Assembly: GCF_964355755.1 (NCBI RefSeq)
Contig: NC_092673.1
Span: 35,461,648 to 35,525,647 of the forward strand
Source of the DNA: Antedon mediterranea
Lineage: Eukaryota; Animalia; Echinodermata
Direction of reading: 5' to 3'
Length of the DNA: 64,000 nucleotides
Below are positions 40,721 through 53,009 of the stretch, in pieces. The notes beneath the pieces were generated by a model. That model was given only the letters and a program-made list of their open reading frames with translations, ran no database searches and was not told the DNA's origin. How positions within the stretch are numbered: the stretch's first letter is position 1; each line of letters opens with the position of its first letter. Made by a program: the position numbers and the translations under genes.

Positions 40721-40899
40721 AAACTCGATTGGATAACAAAACATGTTAAATGTGTATTCACTGTTTAGTTCCTCAGTTTATGAAAACTGAGGAAAATTAA
40801 CAATTCAAAAGATTTTCTGTTTTATATTATTGTCAAAATTAAATAATATATTTAATTAATTTACTCACAAACTGCTAATTTAATACATAAAATGTATAT

Positions 40900-42727
40900 A
40901 TCTATGTGTAGATGTACATTAATGTTATTCTGTAGCTACTGTTTGTAATCTAGGTCTATGCTCCAATCAGGATTTTGTTGTTTGAATGTGCATGTCTATG
41001 TGTAGATGTACATTAATGTATTCTGTAGCTACTGTTTGTAATCTAGGTCTATGCTCCAGTCAGGATTTTGTTGTTTGAATGTGAATGTCTATGTGTAGAT
41101 GTACATTAATGTTATTCTGTAGCTACTGTTTGTAATCTAGTTCTATGCTCCAGTCAGGATTTTGTTGTTTGAATGTGAATGTCTATGTGTAGATGTACAT
41201 TAATGTTATTCTGTAGCTACTGTTTGTAATCTAGGTCTATGCTTCAGTCAGGATTTTGTTGTTTGAATGTGAATGTCTATGTGTACATTAATGTATTCTG
41301 TAGCTACTGTTTGTAATATAGGTCTATGCTCCAGTCAGGATTTTGTTGTTTGAATGTGAATGTCTATGTGTACATTAATGTTATTCTGTAGCTACTGTTT
41401 GTAATCTAGGTCTATGCTCCAGTCAGGATTTTGTTGTTTGAATGTGAATGTCTATGTGTAGATGTACATTAATGTTATTCTGTAGCTACTGTTTGTAATA
41501 TAGGTCTATGCTCCAGTCAGGATTTTGTTGTTTGAATGTGAATGTCTATGTGTAGATGTACATTAATGTTATTCTGTAGCTACTGTTTGTAATCTAGGTC
41601 TATGCTCCAGTCAGGATTTTGTTGTTTGAATGTGAATGTCTATGTGTACATTAATGTATTCTGTAGCTACTGTTTGTAATCTAGGTGTATGCTCCAGTCA
41701 GGATTTTGTTGTTTGAATGTGAATGTCTATGTGTACATTAATGTATTCTGTAGCTACTGTTTGTAATCTAGGTCTATGCTCCAGTCAGGATTTTGTTGTT
41801 TGAATGTGAATGTCTATGTGTTGATGTACATTAATGTTATTCTGTAGCTACTGTTTGTAATCTATGTCTATGCTCCAGTCAGGATTTTGTTGTTTGAATG
41901 TGAATGTCTATGTGTAGATGTACATTAATGTATTCTGTAGCTACTGTTTGTAATCTATGTCTATGCTCCAGTCAGGATTTTGTTGTTTGAATGTGCATGT
42001 CTATGTGTTGATGTACATTAATGTATTCTGTAGTTACTGTTTGTAATCTATGTCTATGCTCCAGTCAGGATTTTGTTGTTTGAATGTGCATGTCTATGTG
42101 TAGATGTACATTAATGTTATTCTGTAGCTACTGTTTGTAATCTAGGTCTATGCTCCAGTCAGGATTTTGTTGTTTGAATGTGAATGTCTATGTGTACATT
42201 AATGTATTCTGTAGCTACTGTTTGTAATATAGGTCTATGCTCCAGTCAGGATTTTGTTGTTTGAATGTGAATGTCTATGTGTACATTAATGTTATTCTGT
42301 AGCTACTGTTTGTAATCTAGGTCTATGCTCCAGTCAGGATTTTGTTGTTTGAATGTGAATGTCTATGTGTAGATGTACATTAATGTTATTCTGTAGCTAC
42401 TGTTTGTAATATAGGTCTATGCTCCAGTCAGGATTTTGTTGTTTGAATGTGAATGTCTATGTGTAGATGTACATTAATGTTATTCTGTAGCTACTGTTTG
42501 TAATCTAGGTCTATGCTCCAGTCAGGATTTTGTTGTTTGAATGTGAATGTCTATGTGTAGATGTACATTAATGTTATTCTGTAGCTACTGTTTGTAATCT
42601 AGGTGTATGCTCCAGTCTGGATTTTGTTGTTTGAATGTGAATGTCTATGTGTAGATGTACATTAATGTATTCTGTAGTTACTGTTTGTAATCTATGTCTA
42701 TGCTCCAGTCAGGATTTTGTTGTTTGA
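40900..42727. repeat. 87-94-bp minisatellite that includes the last codons and stop of gene B
   Basis: About 20 copies; the last copy is the coding end FKQQNPDWSIDIDYKQ*. Confidence 0.92.
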
Positions 42728-43329
42728 AATTATTTATATCCAATGGCTCAACTTTAAATGGAGATTCTTTCCACTTTTTAACAGTTTTTCTCTTTCTATC
42801 TGCGCATTTCTCTAACACGAAACTTACAATTTTTATAACTGCAAAATTCATACTACTAATAGTGACAATAACACCCCAATCATGGCTGCATTTTTTGCAT
42901 GCAACTTTCCCGTTTTTGTAGATATCATCGCCTATAACCTTTGGCTTTGGGTGTTTTTGTGTACACATTTTTTCATAGAATTCTTGGTTGACAATGAGAT
43001 GGTTAGAGTCATTAAATACTTTGACATCTGTTGAATAACAAGCGAATTCTGAACATTTACCACAAAGAAGTTTGTATCTAGTTTCTGTCCTCTTATGTTG
43101 TAGGTTGTATGCTCCCTTTCCTTTTTTTCAGACATTAATCGTTCACGTAGATCAATAGTCTGCAGCGCCAGCAACTCTTTCTTTAGTTGATCTTTAGGTA
43201 ATTTTGAAAGTGTGCGTACACTCTTTGTCATAAATTGGTGGCGGATTTTGTTTTCTTGGTCACGCTCCTCGAAGTTAAACTCCGTGGAAGCAATCATGTA
43301 GAATTTGCTGTTTTTTTTACGACCTCTCC
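42678..43329 (-). CDS. Gene B terminal exon: RLR helicase motif VI, pincer and Zn-binding C-terminal domain; 1-nt frameshift probably in the T7 run at 43122-43128
   Basis: (QAK)GRGRKK...; after the frame change YKLLCGKCSEFAC...VACKKCSHDWGV..AVIKIVSF..KKWKESPF, the RIG-I/MDA5 CTD pattern. Confidence 0.8.
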
Positions 43330-43469
43330 CTACATAAAAATAATTGAGAAGAACGTAATCAGATTTGTAGGTAGGGAAGCTTAGAAATAATACCTTTTGT
43401 AAATACTGTTTTACTTTTTGTAGAAGTGGATCACTTACATTATTGCATGTCTGAGTCCTTGATTCTTAA

Positions 43470-43646
43470 GCTCTGTCTACACTATCAAACTAGTTTGACA
43501 AACAAGTGTGATGTGCCCAATGTAGTAGTGATATGCACAAATATGGTAGTGATATGCACAAATATGGTAGTGATATGACATCATCATATCCATATATGGG
43601 CACATTATATTTTGTTGTCACATAAAGTTTGATAGTGCAGACAGAG
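43470..43646. mobile_element. MITE (gctctgtctacactatcaaact TIR family)
   Basis: TIRs gctctgtctacactatcaaact / agtttgatagtgcagacagag. Confidence 0.75.
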
Positions 43647-43726
43647 ACTTAGCGACAAATAAAAGCTTTCCCAAAATAAAAAAAAAAACTGTTTACGAAA
43701 ATCAATACTAGAAGTACAGTATGTAC

Positions 43727-43894
43727 CTTTAGCTTGAGTCCTTCCAACATCACTGCTCATGTAGTTGTAGCGGAAAACCAAGTTGCAAGCTGGAACATCA
43801 ATGCCCTCTTCAACAACGTTTGTTCCAACAAGAATGTTGCATCTGTTTTCCTTGAAATTTTTAAGGACAGTATTCTGATCGAATTGGGACATTT
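43727..43894 (-). CDS. Gene B exon: helicase motifs V-VI
   Basis: MSQFDQNTVLKNFKENRCNILVGTNVVEEGIDVPACNLVFRYNY...QAK; 168 nt, phase 1-1. Confidence 0.85.
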
Positions 43895-44241
43895 CTGTAA
43901 ATATTAGATTTTATTATACAAACTACTAAAAGTAAGAAACAATAAAAGTGTCAAATGTACTGTAGTCTCATTTCATAAGGAATTCTCCAGAAGGATTAGT
44001 GTTAAAATCATACAGTATGGGTAACTAGCATTCCATCAATAGTACTGCTGAAGAAAGTTTATCTGGTGTTAATTATAAGACGTTCAACTTTAGTTGAGAT
44101 GTGATACAGTAGAGTTATACAATATTTATACATATTATATCATATGTCTAATTTCATTTTAAATTCAACTAATCAATTTTGATGGTGTACTGTGTCTTTG
44201 TGTTAGTATATATCATAGTGAGATGGATAGCTTAGGCCTAC

Positions 44242-47200
44242 TGTAGTGAATTTATCTTTTAGTTGGTTCCGAGCTTTCTCAGGCGTATATCCACTCGACG
44301 TACACAGCTGTCGTTCCGAGCTTTCTCGGGCGTATATATTTCCACGCGACGTACACAGCTGTCACTGAATAATAACTCATACAAAAAGTATAATTAACTC
44401 AACTAGAACTTTTATTCCTTGTAATTCGATTAATACATCTTTTTACCACTACCAGTCAAGCCTTATTATATTCTCTATCATCTTTCCGTTTATCTACTCT
44501 GATCTTATTCTCTCTTCTCGTTTATCTACTCTGACCTTATTCTCTCTTCTCCGTTTACTAACTATTACATTCTACTTTTATACAAGATATGCAAATTTTA
44601 GGCTTCAGAGGAGGATAACATTTTCCCTCCGAAATTTACACGATTTTGATTGGCTAATAATAAGGCGGACGTGGACTAAAGCATCCTTCTCTAATCACAG
44701 AGAATCACAACATCAATAATATGACATTCCCCTGTTTGGGAAAAAGATTGTGTCAATCTTTCCAAAAATTTTAACATTTAAAACCATTTTACTATAAACT
44801 ATCTACAAATAACACCTCTATAATATTATTTATGCACGACTTAATCCATCTGCATTTCCATTTAATGATCCTTTCTTGTACATAACTTTAAATTTATATC
44901 CTTGTAAAAACAGAGCCCATCTCATAAGTCTAACATTGGCACCCTTCATTGAGTCCATCCATCTCAATGCCTGGTGGTCAGTATGAACTTGAAATTCACA
45001 ACCATACAGATAATACTTAAGTTTATTGATAGCCCAAACAATAGAGAGGCACTCTTTTTCTGGCACAGAATATCTCTGCTCATGTACAGATAACTTTCTA
45101 CTTAAGTACACAATGGGATAATCATTACCCTCACCATCTATTTGGCTCAGTACTGCACCTATGCCATAATTTGAGGCATCGGTTTGCAATATAAACATCT
45201 TATCAAAATTTGGGGCTTTTAATACATTATCATCAGTAAGTCGTTTCTTTAAAGTTACAAAGGCATTTTCACATTGTTCATTCCACTTAACGGTATTACT
45301 TTTACTCTTTAAAGTTAAATCAATCAATGGCTTAGCAATATCGGCATAGTTCTGTACAAATTTTCTGTAATAGCCAGTTAATCCGAGAAATGATCGGACT
45401 TGTTTCTTAGACAAAGGTCTGGGGAACTTTTCCACAGCCTCAACCTTATCAATCATGGGTCTAATTTCTCCATTACCAATCTTATGCCCCAGAAATTCTA
45501 CCTGTGCATAGGCAATTTTACATTTCAAAGGCTTTGCTGTCAATCCAGCACTACTTAATCTTTCTAATACATCATTCAAATGAAAAATATGATCTTTCCA
45601 AGTTTGACTATAAATACATATGTCATCTATATATGCCTTAGCATATCCCTCAGTACCTTGTAATACCTTATCCATTAATCTTTGGAAAGTACTAGAGCTA
45701 TTTTGCATACCAAATGGAAGTACATTATAACAATACTGTCCAAATTGTGTAATAAATGCTGATTTGTCTTTGGTCTTAGGATCCAGAGGCACCTGGTAAA
45801 ATCCTTTAGTTAGATCTAACGTAGTTATGTATATTGCGGATGATACCTCATCCAACATTTCGTCTATGCGAGGCATAACATAAGGGTCAAATTGTGTAGT
45901 CTTATTTAGTGATCTAAAATCTGTCACCATTCTAATTTGATTCTGGCCTTTCTTCAGGGCAATAATAGGTGCAGCATAGGCACTAACAGTAGGTTCTATT
46001 ATACCCATAGCCAACATACTATCTAATTCTTCTTTCAATTTACCCTTTAATGCTTGGGGCGTTCTATATGCCCTATGCCTTATAGGCATTTCACCATTAG
46101 TCTTAATTTCATGTGTCACTAAGTGAGTTCTACCTGGTACATCCGAGAATACATTCTGTTGGTACTTTAACAATTCTGTTAATTGTTTAGTTTGTGTATC
46201 ATTTAAATTACTACTAACGTTAACATCTCTCCATGTTTGAGATTGATGATAAGACAATCCTATGTCTATTTCACTATCTAACTCATTGTCATGGACTGTT
46301 TCATTTAAGTCTACTTCTTCTATCGACTGAACATTTGTTACTACATAATAACCATCTTTACTTATTTCTACTTTATCATACCATCTCTTTAACATATTAA
46401 CATGTAGAATTTGTTTTTCTTTTCTTCTACCTCCTATGTATATTTCATAATTTACATCATTGACCTTTTTTGTAACAGTGAAGGGGCCTTGCCATTTACT
46501 GTCTAACTTACTATTTTCTTGGCCCTTATAATACGTAGGCTTATTTTCAGAATTTACGGCATTCCAATAGCCACGGCCACCTCTATTAGCTATATAATCA
46601 TCGGCTATCATAGCCATATCATAGCTCTTATTTACTTGTTTATCTCTAAGATAAAGCCTCAGATCTTCAGGCATTTTATCAAGTGCCTGTTCCATTATAA
46701 TCATTTCAATAATGCCTGCAGCATCATCTTCTTTTACATTAGCACATTTCATCCAACATTTTAAATAATGGGAGAGCTCATTCAGCCATTCCCTGATGGA
46801 CATATCTTTAACTCTGTTTGAATTTCTAAATTTAAATCTGTAGGTCTCAGCGGACACATCATACTTTTCTAAGATTGCCTTCTTTAAGGTATCATAATCT
46901 ACACATTCTTTTACGGTTAAGGATGCATATGCTGTCCTAGCTTTACCAGACAGTTCAGGTGCTAACCTAGCGGACCACGTATTTTTATCCCAACCTGTGG
47001 CTTCTGCCAAGTGTTCAAATGTTCTAAAATATATATCAATATCATCTGATTCCTTCAAAGTAGGAACCTTTACCTTCATTTCATCTACTATATTCCTAGC
47101 ATTACTGTAGCTAGACCTATTTTCTAATTCCATCATTTTCACTCTTTCTTGTGATTCAATTTTTCTTTGCTCTATATCTGCTTCTAATCTTAATTGGTCT

Positions 47201-48448
47201 TGTTGGTATTGTAATTCTAACTTTTTGTTTTCGGCCTCGAACTTCATTCGAAAATATTCGAGCATCATATCTTTAGGCATACCGCCGGGTATTTCGGGCA
47301 TATCAATATCCCTAGCCATTGTATCATATATTTCATTGACTTGGTCAACCTCTTCTTGGTCAACCATATCTTCCCTAGTATCTTTGTCTGACATAGTCTT
47401 ATCTATATTTTTACCCGATCTTAAAGTTGTCATGCTAATAACAATTTTACTAATGAAATATGTAAACTCATGTATACAAAATATGTTATAAAAGTATTTG
47501 TATTACCTTGATTAATATGAAATCCACATAAATTTTTAAATGCAATACAATATAAGACATTAATTTACTTCAAAGTCACAAACAACGTTCCAAGTTCGCT
47601 CCGTACAAAAATTTACTTTCGAAATAAAAATAGTTTACAAAGTCAGCTTTGCAAATCTTCTCAAAATTTACTGGGCTTCCTTCTGTTACTTCAGTCTTCT
47701 TCTTTCAGACCTCGGTGAATATATACAGTATCTCCGATGAATATCCAGCAGTCTTGAGTAGGTACCTTGAGCTCAACAGTACTTCTTCTTCGTTGTAATA
47801 TCCAAACAACGCACGGTATAAAAACTGTCAGGAATCCAGATCTTCGTAACCATTTAACTTTTTGGTTACTGATTTAACAGGCCCGTAGAGTAGGCACTGT
47901 CACTTCTTCTTCTTCTTCTTGATACTTAAATCATGTAAACAAAAATTTTCACCGCTGCCACCATGTAGTGAATTTATCTTTTAGTTGGTTCCGAGCTTTC
48001 TCAGGCGTATATCCACTCGACGTACACAGCTGTCGTTCCGAGCTTTCTCGGGCGTATATATTTCCACGCGACGTACACAGCTGTCACTGAATAATAACTC
48101 ATACAAAAAGTATAATTAACTCAACTAGAACTTTTATTCCTTGTAATTCGATTAATACATCTTTCTACCACTACCAGTCAAGCCTTATTATATTCTCTAT
48201 CATCTTTCCGTTTATCTACTCTGATCTTATTCTCTCTTCTCGTTTATCTACTCTGACCTTATTCTCTCTTCTCCGTTTACTAACTATTACATTCTACTTT
48301 TATACAAGATATGCAAATTTTAGGCTTCAGAGGAGGATAACATTTTCCCTCCGAAATTTACACGATTTTGATTGGCTAATAATAAGGCGGACGTGGACTA
48401 AAGCATCCTTCTCTAATCACAGAGAATCACAACATCAATAATATGACA
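44242..48448 (-). mobile_element. Gypsy/Ty3 LTR retrotransposon, Gmr1-like, internally deleted, in an intron of gene B
   Basis: 485-bp LTRs (44242-44726, 47964-48448; TG..CA), CCTAC 5-bp TSD, PBS TGGTGGCAGCGGTG (tRNA-Leu 3' end), purine-rich tract next to the 3' LTR. Confidence 0.93.
44830..47433 (-). CDS. Gag (SCAN-like capsid) fused in frame to integrase C-terminus (GPF) - RT - RNase H
   Basis: 867-aa ORF: FEHLAEATGW..LSGKA; KWQGPF; LDLTKGFYQV, PFG, YIDD; QTDAS, EKECL, TDH, NADGLSR. Confidence 0.9.
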   Translation of the reverse strand: MTTLRSGKNIDKTMSDKDTREDMVDQEEVDQVNEIYDTMARDIDMPEIPGGMPKDMMLEYFRMKFEAENKKLELQYQQDQLRLEADIEQRKIESQERVKMMELENRSSYSNARNIVDEMKVKVPTLKESDDIDIYFRTFEHLAEATGWDKNTWSARLAPELSGKARTAYASLTVKECVDYDTLKKAILEKYDVSAETYRFKFRNSNRVKDMSIREWLNELSHYLKCWMKCANVKEDDAAGIIEMIIMEQALDKMPEDLRLYLRDKQVNKSYDMAMIADDYIANRGGRGYWNAVNSENKPTYYKGQENSKLDSKWQGPFTVTKKVNDVNYEIYIGGRRKEKQILHVNMLKRWYDKVEISKDGYYVVTNVQSIEEVDLNETVHDNELDSEIDIGLSYHQSQTWRDVNVSSNLNDTQTKQLTELLKYQQNVFSDVPGRTHLVTHEIKTNGEMPIRHRAYRTPQALKGKLKEELDSMLAMGIIEPTVSAYAAPIIALKKGQNQIRMVTDFRSLNKTTQFDPYVMPRIDEMLDEVSSAIYITTLDLTKGFYQVPLDPKTKDKSAFITQFGQYCYNVLPFGMQNSSSTFQRLMDKVLQGTEGYAKAYIDDICIYSQTWKDHIFHLNDVLERLSSAGLTAKPLKCKIAYAQVEFLGHKIGNGEIRPMIDKVEAVEKFPRPLSKKQVRSFLGLTGYYRKFVQNYADIAKPLIDLTLKSKSNTVKWNEQCENAFVTLKKRLTDDNVLKAPNFDKMFILQTDASNYGIGAVLSQIDGEGNDYPIVYLSRKLSVHEQRYSVPEKECLSIVWAINKLKYYLYGCEFQVHTDHQALRWMDSMKGANVRLMRWALFLQGYKFKVMYKKGSLNGNADGLSRA

Positions 48449-48637
48449 CCTACTTATATTATTTATACATCATACAATGATAATCGGAGTATGTTACTAC
48501 AATTATATATATTTCAAACATTTTGGTAATCTAATCTAGAAAGAAGAGGAATGCGGTTAAATGACTTAAGGGGAAAAACTGGACTTTACTTTCTCCAAAA
48601 TTGCAGAAGGTTTGGAGTTTAATTAATTAATACCTAC

Positions 48638-48853
48638 CGCTTGAAATCTTTTCTGGCTTAAGAAATGAAAGTCTCTCGTTCTCCTTTATCCAGCTATACA
48701 TTGCGTCAACAGTAATACGTTTGGTACAGAAAGTGATTGCGTGTGCCTCAGTATTTGTTTTATATTCCCCAATAAGCACATCTTCAAATTTCGATAGTAA
48801 GGGGTTTTCAAATTTTTTCTCTCCGCTCACATATTGCAACTTCTCTTCTCTAT
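48638..48853 (-). CDS. Gene B exon: Hel2, motif IV
   Basis: ENPLLSKFEDVL...AITFCTKR; 216 nt, phase 1-1. Confidence 0.75.
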
Positions 48854-49118
48854 CTGTTAAAAGACATTATACTGTAGGTACTTTTGATAATGAGTATTAA
48901 CTATAACAAAATAATTTCCATTATAACAAACCTATATCCTTCCTATTGAATGATTGATTATGTATAATGTGTCATGTATTATTTGGAACGATCCTTAAAT
49001 TCTTTTAGGTAAAAATGTTGATATTTTTTTTTTAGAGTGCTATGTGACCTAGAGCAGCCTTTGCTAATCATTTAAATTCCCATTCAAGTTATCATTTAGG
49101 ACTATTGTTTTAATTTAC

Positions 49119-49263
49119 CTTTAAAGAGCCGTATAAACTGCTTATCATCCTCATTCAATCCATCTGAACGGGTGCTTTCCTCTTTCTCAATGAATTTTTT
49201 TATGAACCGGAGGGCGTCCTGAATTCGGCAAATTGTATTCTCCTTAAGTGAATCATTATATTT
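49119..49263 (-). CDS. Gene B exon: Hel2i
   Basis: KYNDSLKENTICRIQDALRFI, cf. RIG-I KYNDALII...RMKDAL (recalled). Confidence 0.78.
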
Positions 49264-49601
49264 CTGAAATGTCATTAAATAAAAAAACTTTTATCAATTA
49301 CAATTATTTTTTATGTAAAAGAAGAATCTGAATAATTTCATTTTCTAATGGCTGCAAATTTTATTTTTAGAGTTGGCGTAATCACAAAGTTTATCACAAC
49401 GCAGATTGATTTGTGAGCATGTGCATGTTACAGTAGTTGGTTAGTAGCTTTTAGTGGCGAATCAGGAATGTACGCATCTAAGGTCTTATTGTATGATGGG
49501 GTAGACTGATTATATCAATAAATTTGAACTTTAGTTACTACTGTAGATGCTGGCACTTTTGTTACAGTGCAATTAGAATGTTCTAATCTAATAACACATA
49601 C

Positions 49602-49768
49602 CCTCAGGTGTTCACCACCTGTTCTCAGCAATCGTAACAGGCTATCATTTGATTTAACACACTCTGGGGAATGAGATATGAAATTCTCTACACCTTGCTC
49701 ATAAGAACTAGTGCCTTTGACAGACTTAGTAAAATTGAACAAGTCTGCAAGCCAATCAGGCATGGTAC
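49602..49768 (-). CDS. Gene B exon: Hel2i
   Basis: KGTSSYEQ...EHLR; frame-compatible splice sites. Confidence 0.75.
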
Positions 49769-50125
49769 CTAAAAAAACGAAATATAGTACAGAAATGACA
49801 CATACTGTACTATACAGAGGAAGTCGAGTGGCCGATCAGTTAAAGCATGGGCACCACAAATCATAGCTACACAATCGGCACAATTTCAAGGCACTCCTCG
49901 ACCATTGTTCTGGTGGTAGAAAAAATCTTCTCAGATAAGGACTTAAAACTGTACATTAAGATATATTGCTGGGAGGGGTATAATCCAGGACTGGATATAA
50001 TCAAGTGAATGTGAAGAAAAGTGAATGGAGAATTATATATATTTTATATTATTTAGGGATGTGGAAGTTGTATAATCAACGAAGCATTTTTTTAACATAT
50101 CTTGTATTAAAATGAAGATACCAAC

Positions 50126-50239
50126 CTTGTTTATGCACTCTCTTCCTCATAATCTTTTCAATTTCTGACATGATGGTCATTATTTCAGTTTTAAAAGGGT
50201 CAGCATCATCTGACCGGGGCTTGACCATTATTGGATCAA
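50126..50239 (-). CDS. Gene B exon
   Basis: DPFKTEIMTIMSEIE, the RLR DPF..I..IM..IE motif; phase 1-1. Confidence 0.75.
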
Positions 50240-50757
50240 CTGAAAACAAAAAAGTTAAGTTTAAATAAATCTGTCAGCAGCTTATCTAAAGTTTTTGTAA
50301 TGTTATGACAATAAATTAAAGGCTGGCCTATCATACAGCACAACTGTTCTTTGAAGATTCCACACCCTCAGATTTAGAGCTATCTTAAGCTAGGTGTTAC
50401 AGTACTAGTTTCTACTATCAAAAGTGTGATTTACCCAAATATGGTAATGATATGACATCCACAAGTAATACTGAATATACATATAATTCGTCCTGATATA
50501 TCTTAAACTTTTTAAACAGTACACTCACAAAAAAAAAATATATCAGCTGCAAATTTTCAGAATTAACATGATCCAAATGTTTAGTCAATCAAATCTATCC
50601 TACAAGGACCAAATGTACTCTCCATTGAAAGCTACCTTAAGCTAGGGGTTAATACAGTAGTTTACAATATCAAACTAGTTTGACAAAAAAAGTGTGATGT
50701 GCTCAAATATGGTATGGTGATGCGACATCATCGTGTTTGTCACATAAAGTTACTTAC

Positions 50758-50920
50758 TTTCTTCTGGAGGATTCTCGTTCAAATGGTATTCTTCATCATT
50801 TTCATCTGGAATGGAAATCTCATCTGCATCAAGGTTTGCGAATATACTTTTAGCATACTCATCAGATTTCTCCTGGCTGGATGCTTTTCCAGTTCCTATG
50901 TTTGCTGTCAAACCTACAAT
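50758..50920 (-). CDS. Gene B exon: helicase motif III
   Basis: IVGLTANIGTGKA...ANLDA. Confidence 0.8.
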
Positions 50921-51046
50921 CTAATAAAACAATTGTACTATTACTTTGTTTGTATACAGAAACATCTTTCCAGCACCTCTCTAATTTAAACATTATTTAA
51001 TTATCAGAAGGCCCATGCCTTAAAGTTATCATAATCATGCCTAATA

Positions 51047-51204
51047 CTCTGTCTACACTATCAAACTAGTTTGACACAAAAAGTGTGATGTGCCCAAATA
51101 TGGTAGTGATATGTTCAAATATGGTAGCGATATGACATCATCATATCTATATATAGGCACATCACATTTTTTTGTCACATAAAGTTTGATAGTCTAGACA
51201 GAGC
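51047..51204. mobile_element. MITE (ctctgtctacactatcaaact TIR family)
   Basis: TIRs and internal sequence match 43470..43646. Confidence 0.75.
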
Positions 51205-51263
51205 ATTAGTTAACATAATCATTCTCAGTTTTTTATAATAGAAAATTGTGAGCTCATACATAC

Positions 51264-51341
51264 CTGTGGCAATGTTGCTGCTTCATCTTTAAGCTTTCTT
51301 CGCCGATACTTTGCCATTATTATGTTGTATGGATTCTGGCC
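51264..51341 (-). CDS. Gene B exon
   Basis: GQNPYNIIMAKY...LPQ; 78 nt, phase 0-0. Confidence 0.8.
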
Positions 51342-51458
51342 CTACAAATAAAAATACATGTTAAGCAATGATACATTTTGATGGCAAGTTTTTCTCACTA
51401 ACAATGAACTTTGACCTCTTAGAAACTTATTTTTCGAATAATATAGAAATGTTCTTAC

Positions 51459-51692
51459 ATGACAGAGATGGCATTCATCAAATACCAGCATCGTAAAGTC
51501 ATCAATTTTGAGTTCATTTTTCTCAAGTGCGTTCACCAACATCTGTGCAGTTAGGAATATGATGTCGTTATTTTCTACCGCATTCTTCATTGTAGCTAAC
51601 TGCTGCACATTGTCACCAATCCGTTGAGTCAATCTCATTGACTCTGGCATGTCTTCTTTAAATAAGTCGTGTTGTTGTGATACCAAAGAAAT
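51459..51692 (-). CDS. Gene B exon: motifs Ia-II (DECH box)
   Basis: ISLVSQQ...DIIFLTAQMLVNAL...DFTMLVFDECH. Confidence 0.88.
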
Positions 51693-51873
51693 CTAAAAAT
51701 ATTTAAATACAAAATCAGAATTGTAAAAACAGCAAATATTTATCTAGCTGATTAATTTAAACACTCAAAATGTGCACGGTTGATAATGCCATTGGTATGG
51801 CTGACCATGCCGATAGCCACTTCCTACAAACTGAGAATTTTGGCAAGTAATTATATAGAATTTAAACTCTTAC

Positions 51874-52082
51874 TGTGTTTACAAGGAATATGACTTTTTT
51901 AGGTTTAACATTCAACTTTGCTTCTTGTTCTTTGAAGTGTTCTCTCACAAAATGGACAGCTACCACTGTTTTTCCAGATCCTGTGTGTGATATGATGATT
52001 GTATTTTGGCCACCAATAACAGGTTTTGCCAACTTTATTTGATAGTTGCGCAACTTCTTTGGTTTAGCTTTTTCTGGTTTTT
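51874..52082 (-). CDS. Gene B exon: Q motif and Walker A
   Basis: LRNYQIKLA...GQNTIIISHTGSGKT...VIFLVNT; 209 nt, phase 1-0. Confidence 0.88.
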
Positions 52083-52766
52083 CTGAGAGAACAAGCAATA
52101 AATTAAAAAAAATAAATATCCATATTTAGAAACTCTCTTGACCTAGCATTACTAGATATCTGCAAAAAAATCTCCTCTGCTAAATCTGAAAATAAACACA
52201 CCGTTGCAGTCTTTATGGATTTATCGAAAGCCTTCGACACTATTAATCATACCATTTTAAAACATAAACTTGAACATTATGGCATCAGAGGACTCCCTCT
52301 TCTATTATTATCAAATCGATAGAAAACAGTTTACATATTTTGATTCACATGCTTCTAATTTATGTAATCAACCGCATGTGTCTGTTTGAAACAATAAGAT
52401 GAGGAACCCTGTGAGAATGAGAAAAAGTCACCCCAACCGAGATTCAATCCCGGACCTCCTGCTTGATATGCAGATGTCCTAACCATTAGACCACTTGGCT
52501 AATTTGCAAGAACTTTACTCGATATTTTACATTTAACAATCCATAATCGTCTAATTGATCAGCACCTATATGTCTTCTGGGTTCAACTCCTTTTATGAGT
52601 CTAACCATTTTGTTTTGATAAATATTTATCTAGCTGATTAAGGATTAATTTAAACACTCAAAATGTGCACGGTTGATAATGCCATTGGTATGGCTGACCA
52701 TGCCGATAGCCACTTCCTACAAACTGAGCATTTTGGCAAGTAATTATATAGAATTTAAACTCTTAC

Positions 52767-52973
52767 TGTGTTTACAAGGAATATGACTTTTTTAGGTTTA
52801 ACATTCAACTTTGCTTCTTGTTCTTTGAAGTGTTCTCTCACAAAATGGACAGCTACCACTGTTTTTCCAGATCCTGTGTGATATGATGATTGTATTTTGG
52901 CCACTAATAACAGGTTTTGCCAATTTTATTTGATAGTTGCGCAACTTCTTTGGTTTAGCTTTTTCTGGTTTTT
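52767..52973 (-). pseudogene. Duplicated Walker A exon with a 2-nt deletion and premature stop
   Basis: Near-identical to 51874..52082, but gatcctgtgtgat vs gatcctgtgtgtgat; stop at 52798. Confidence 0.8.
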
Positions 52974-53009
52974 CTGAGAGAACAAGCAATAAATTAAAAA
53001 AAATAAATA

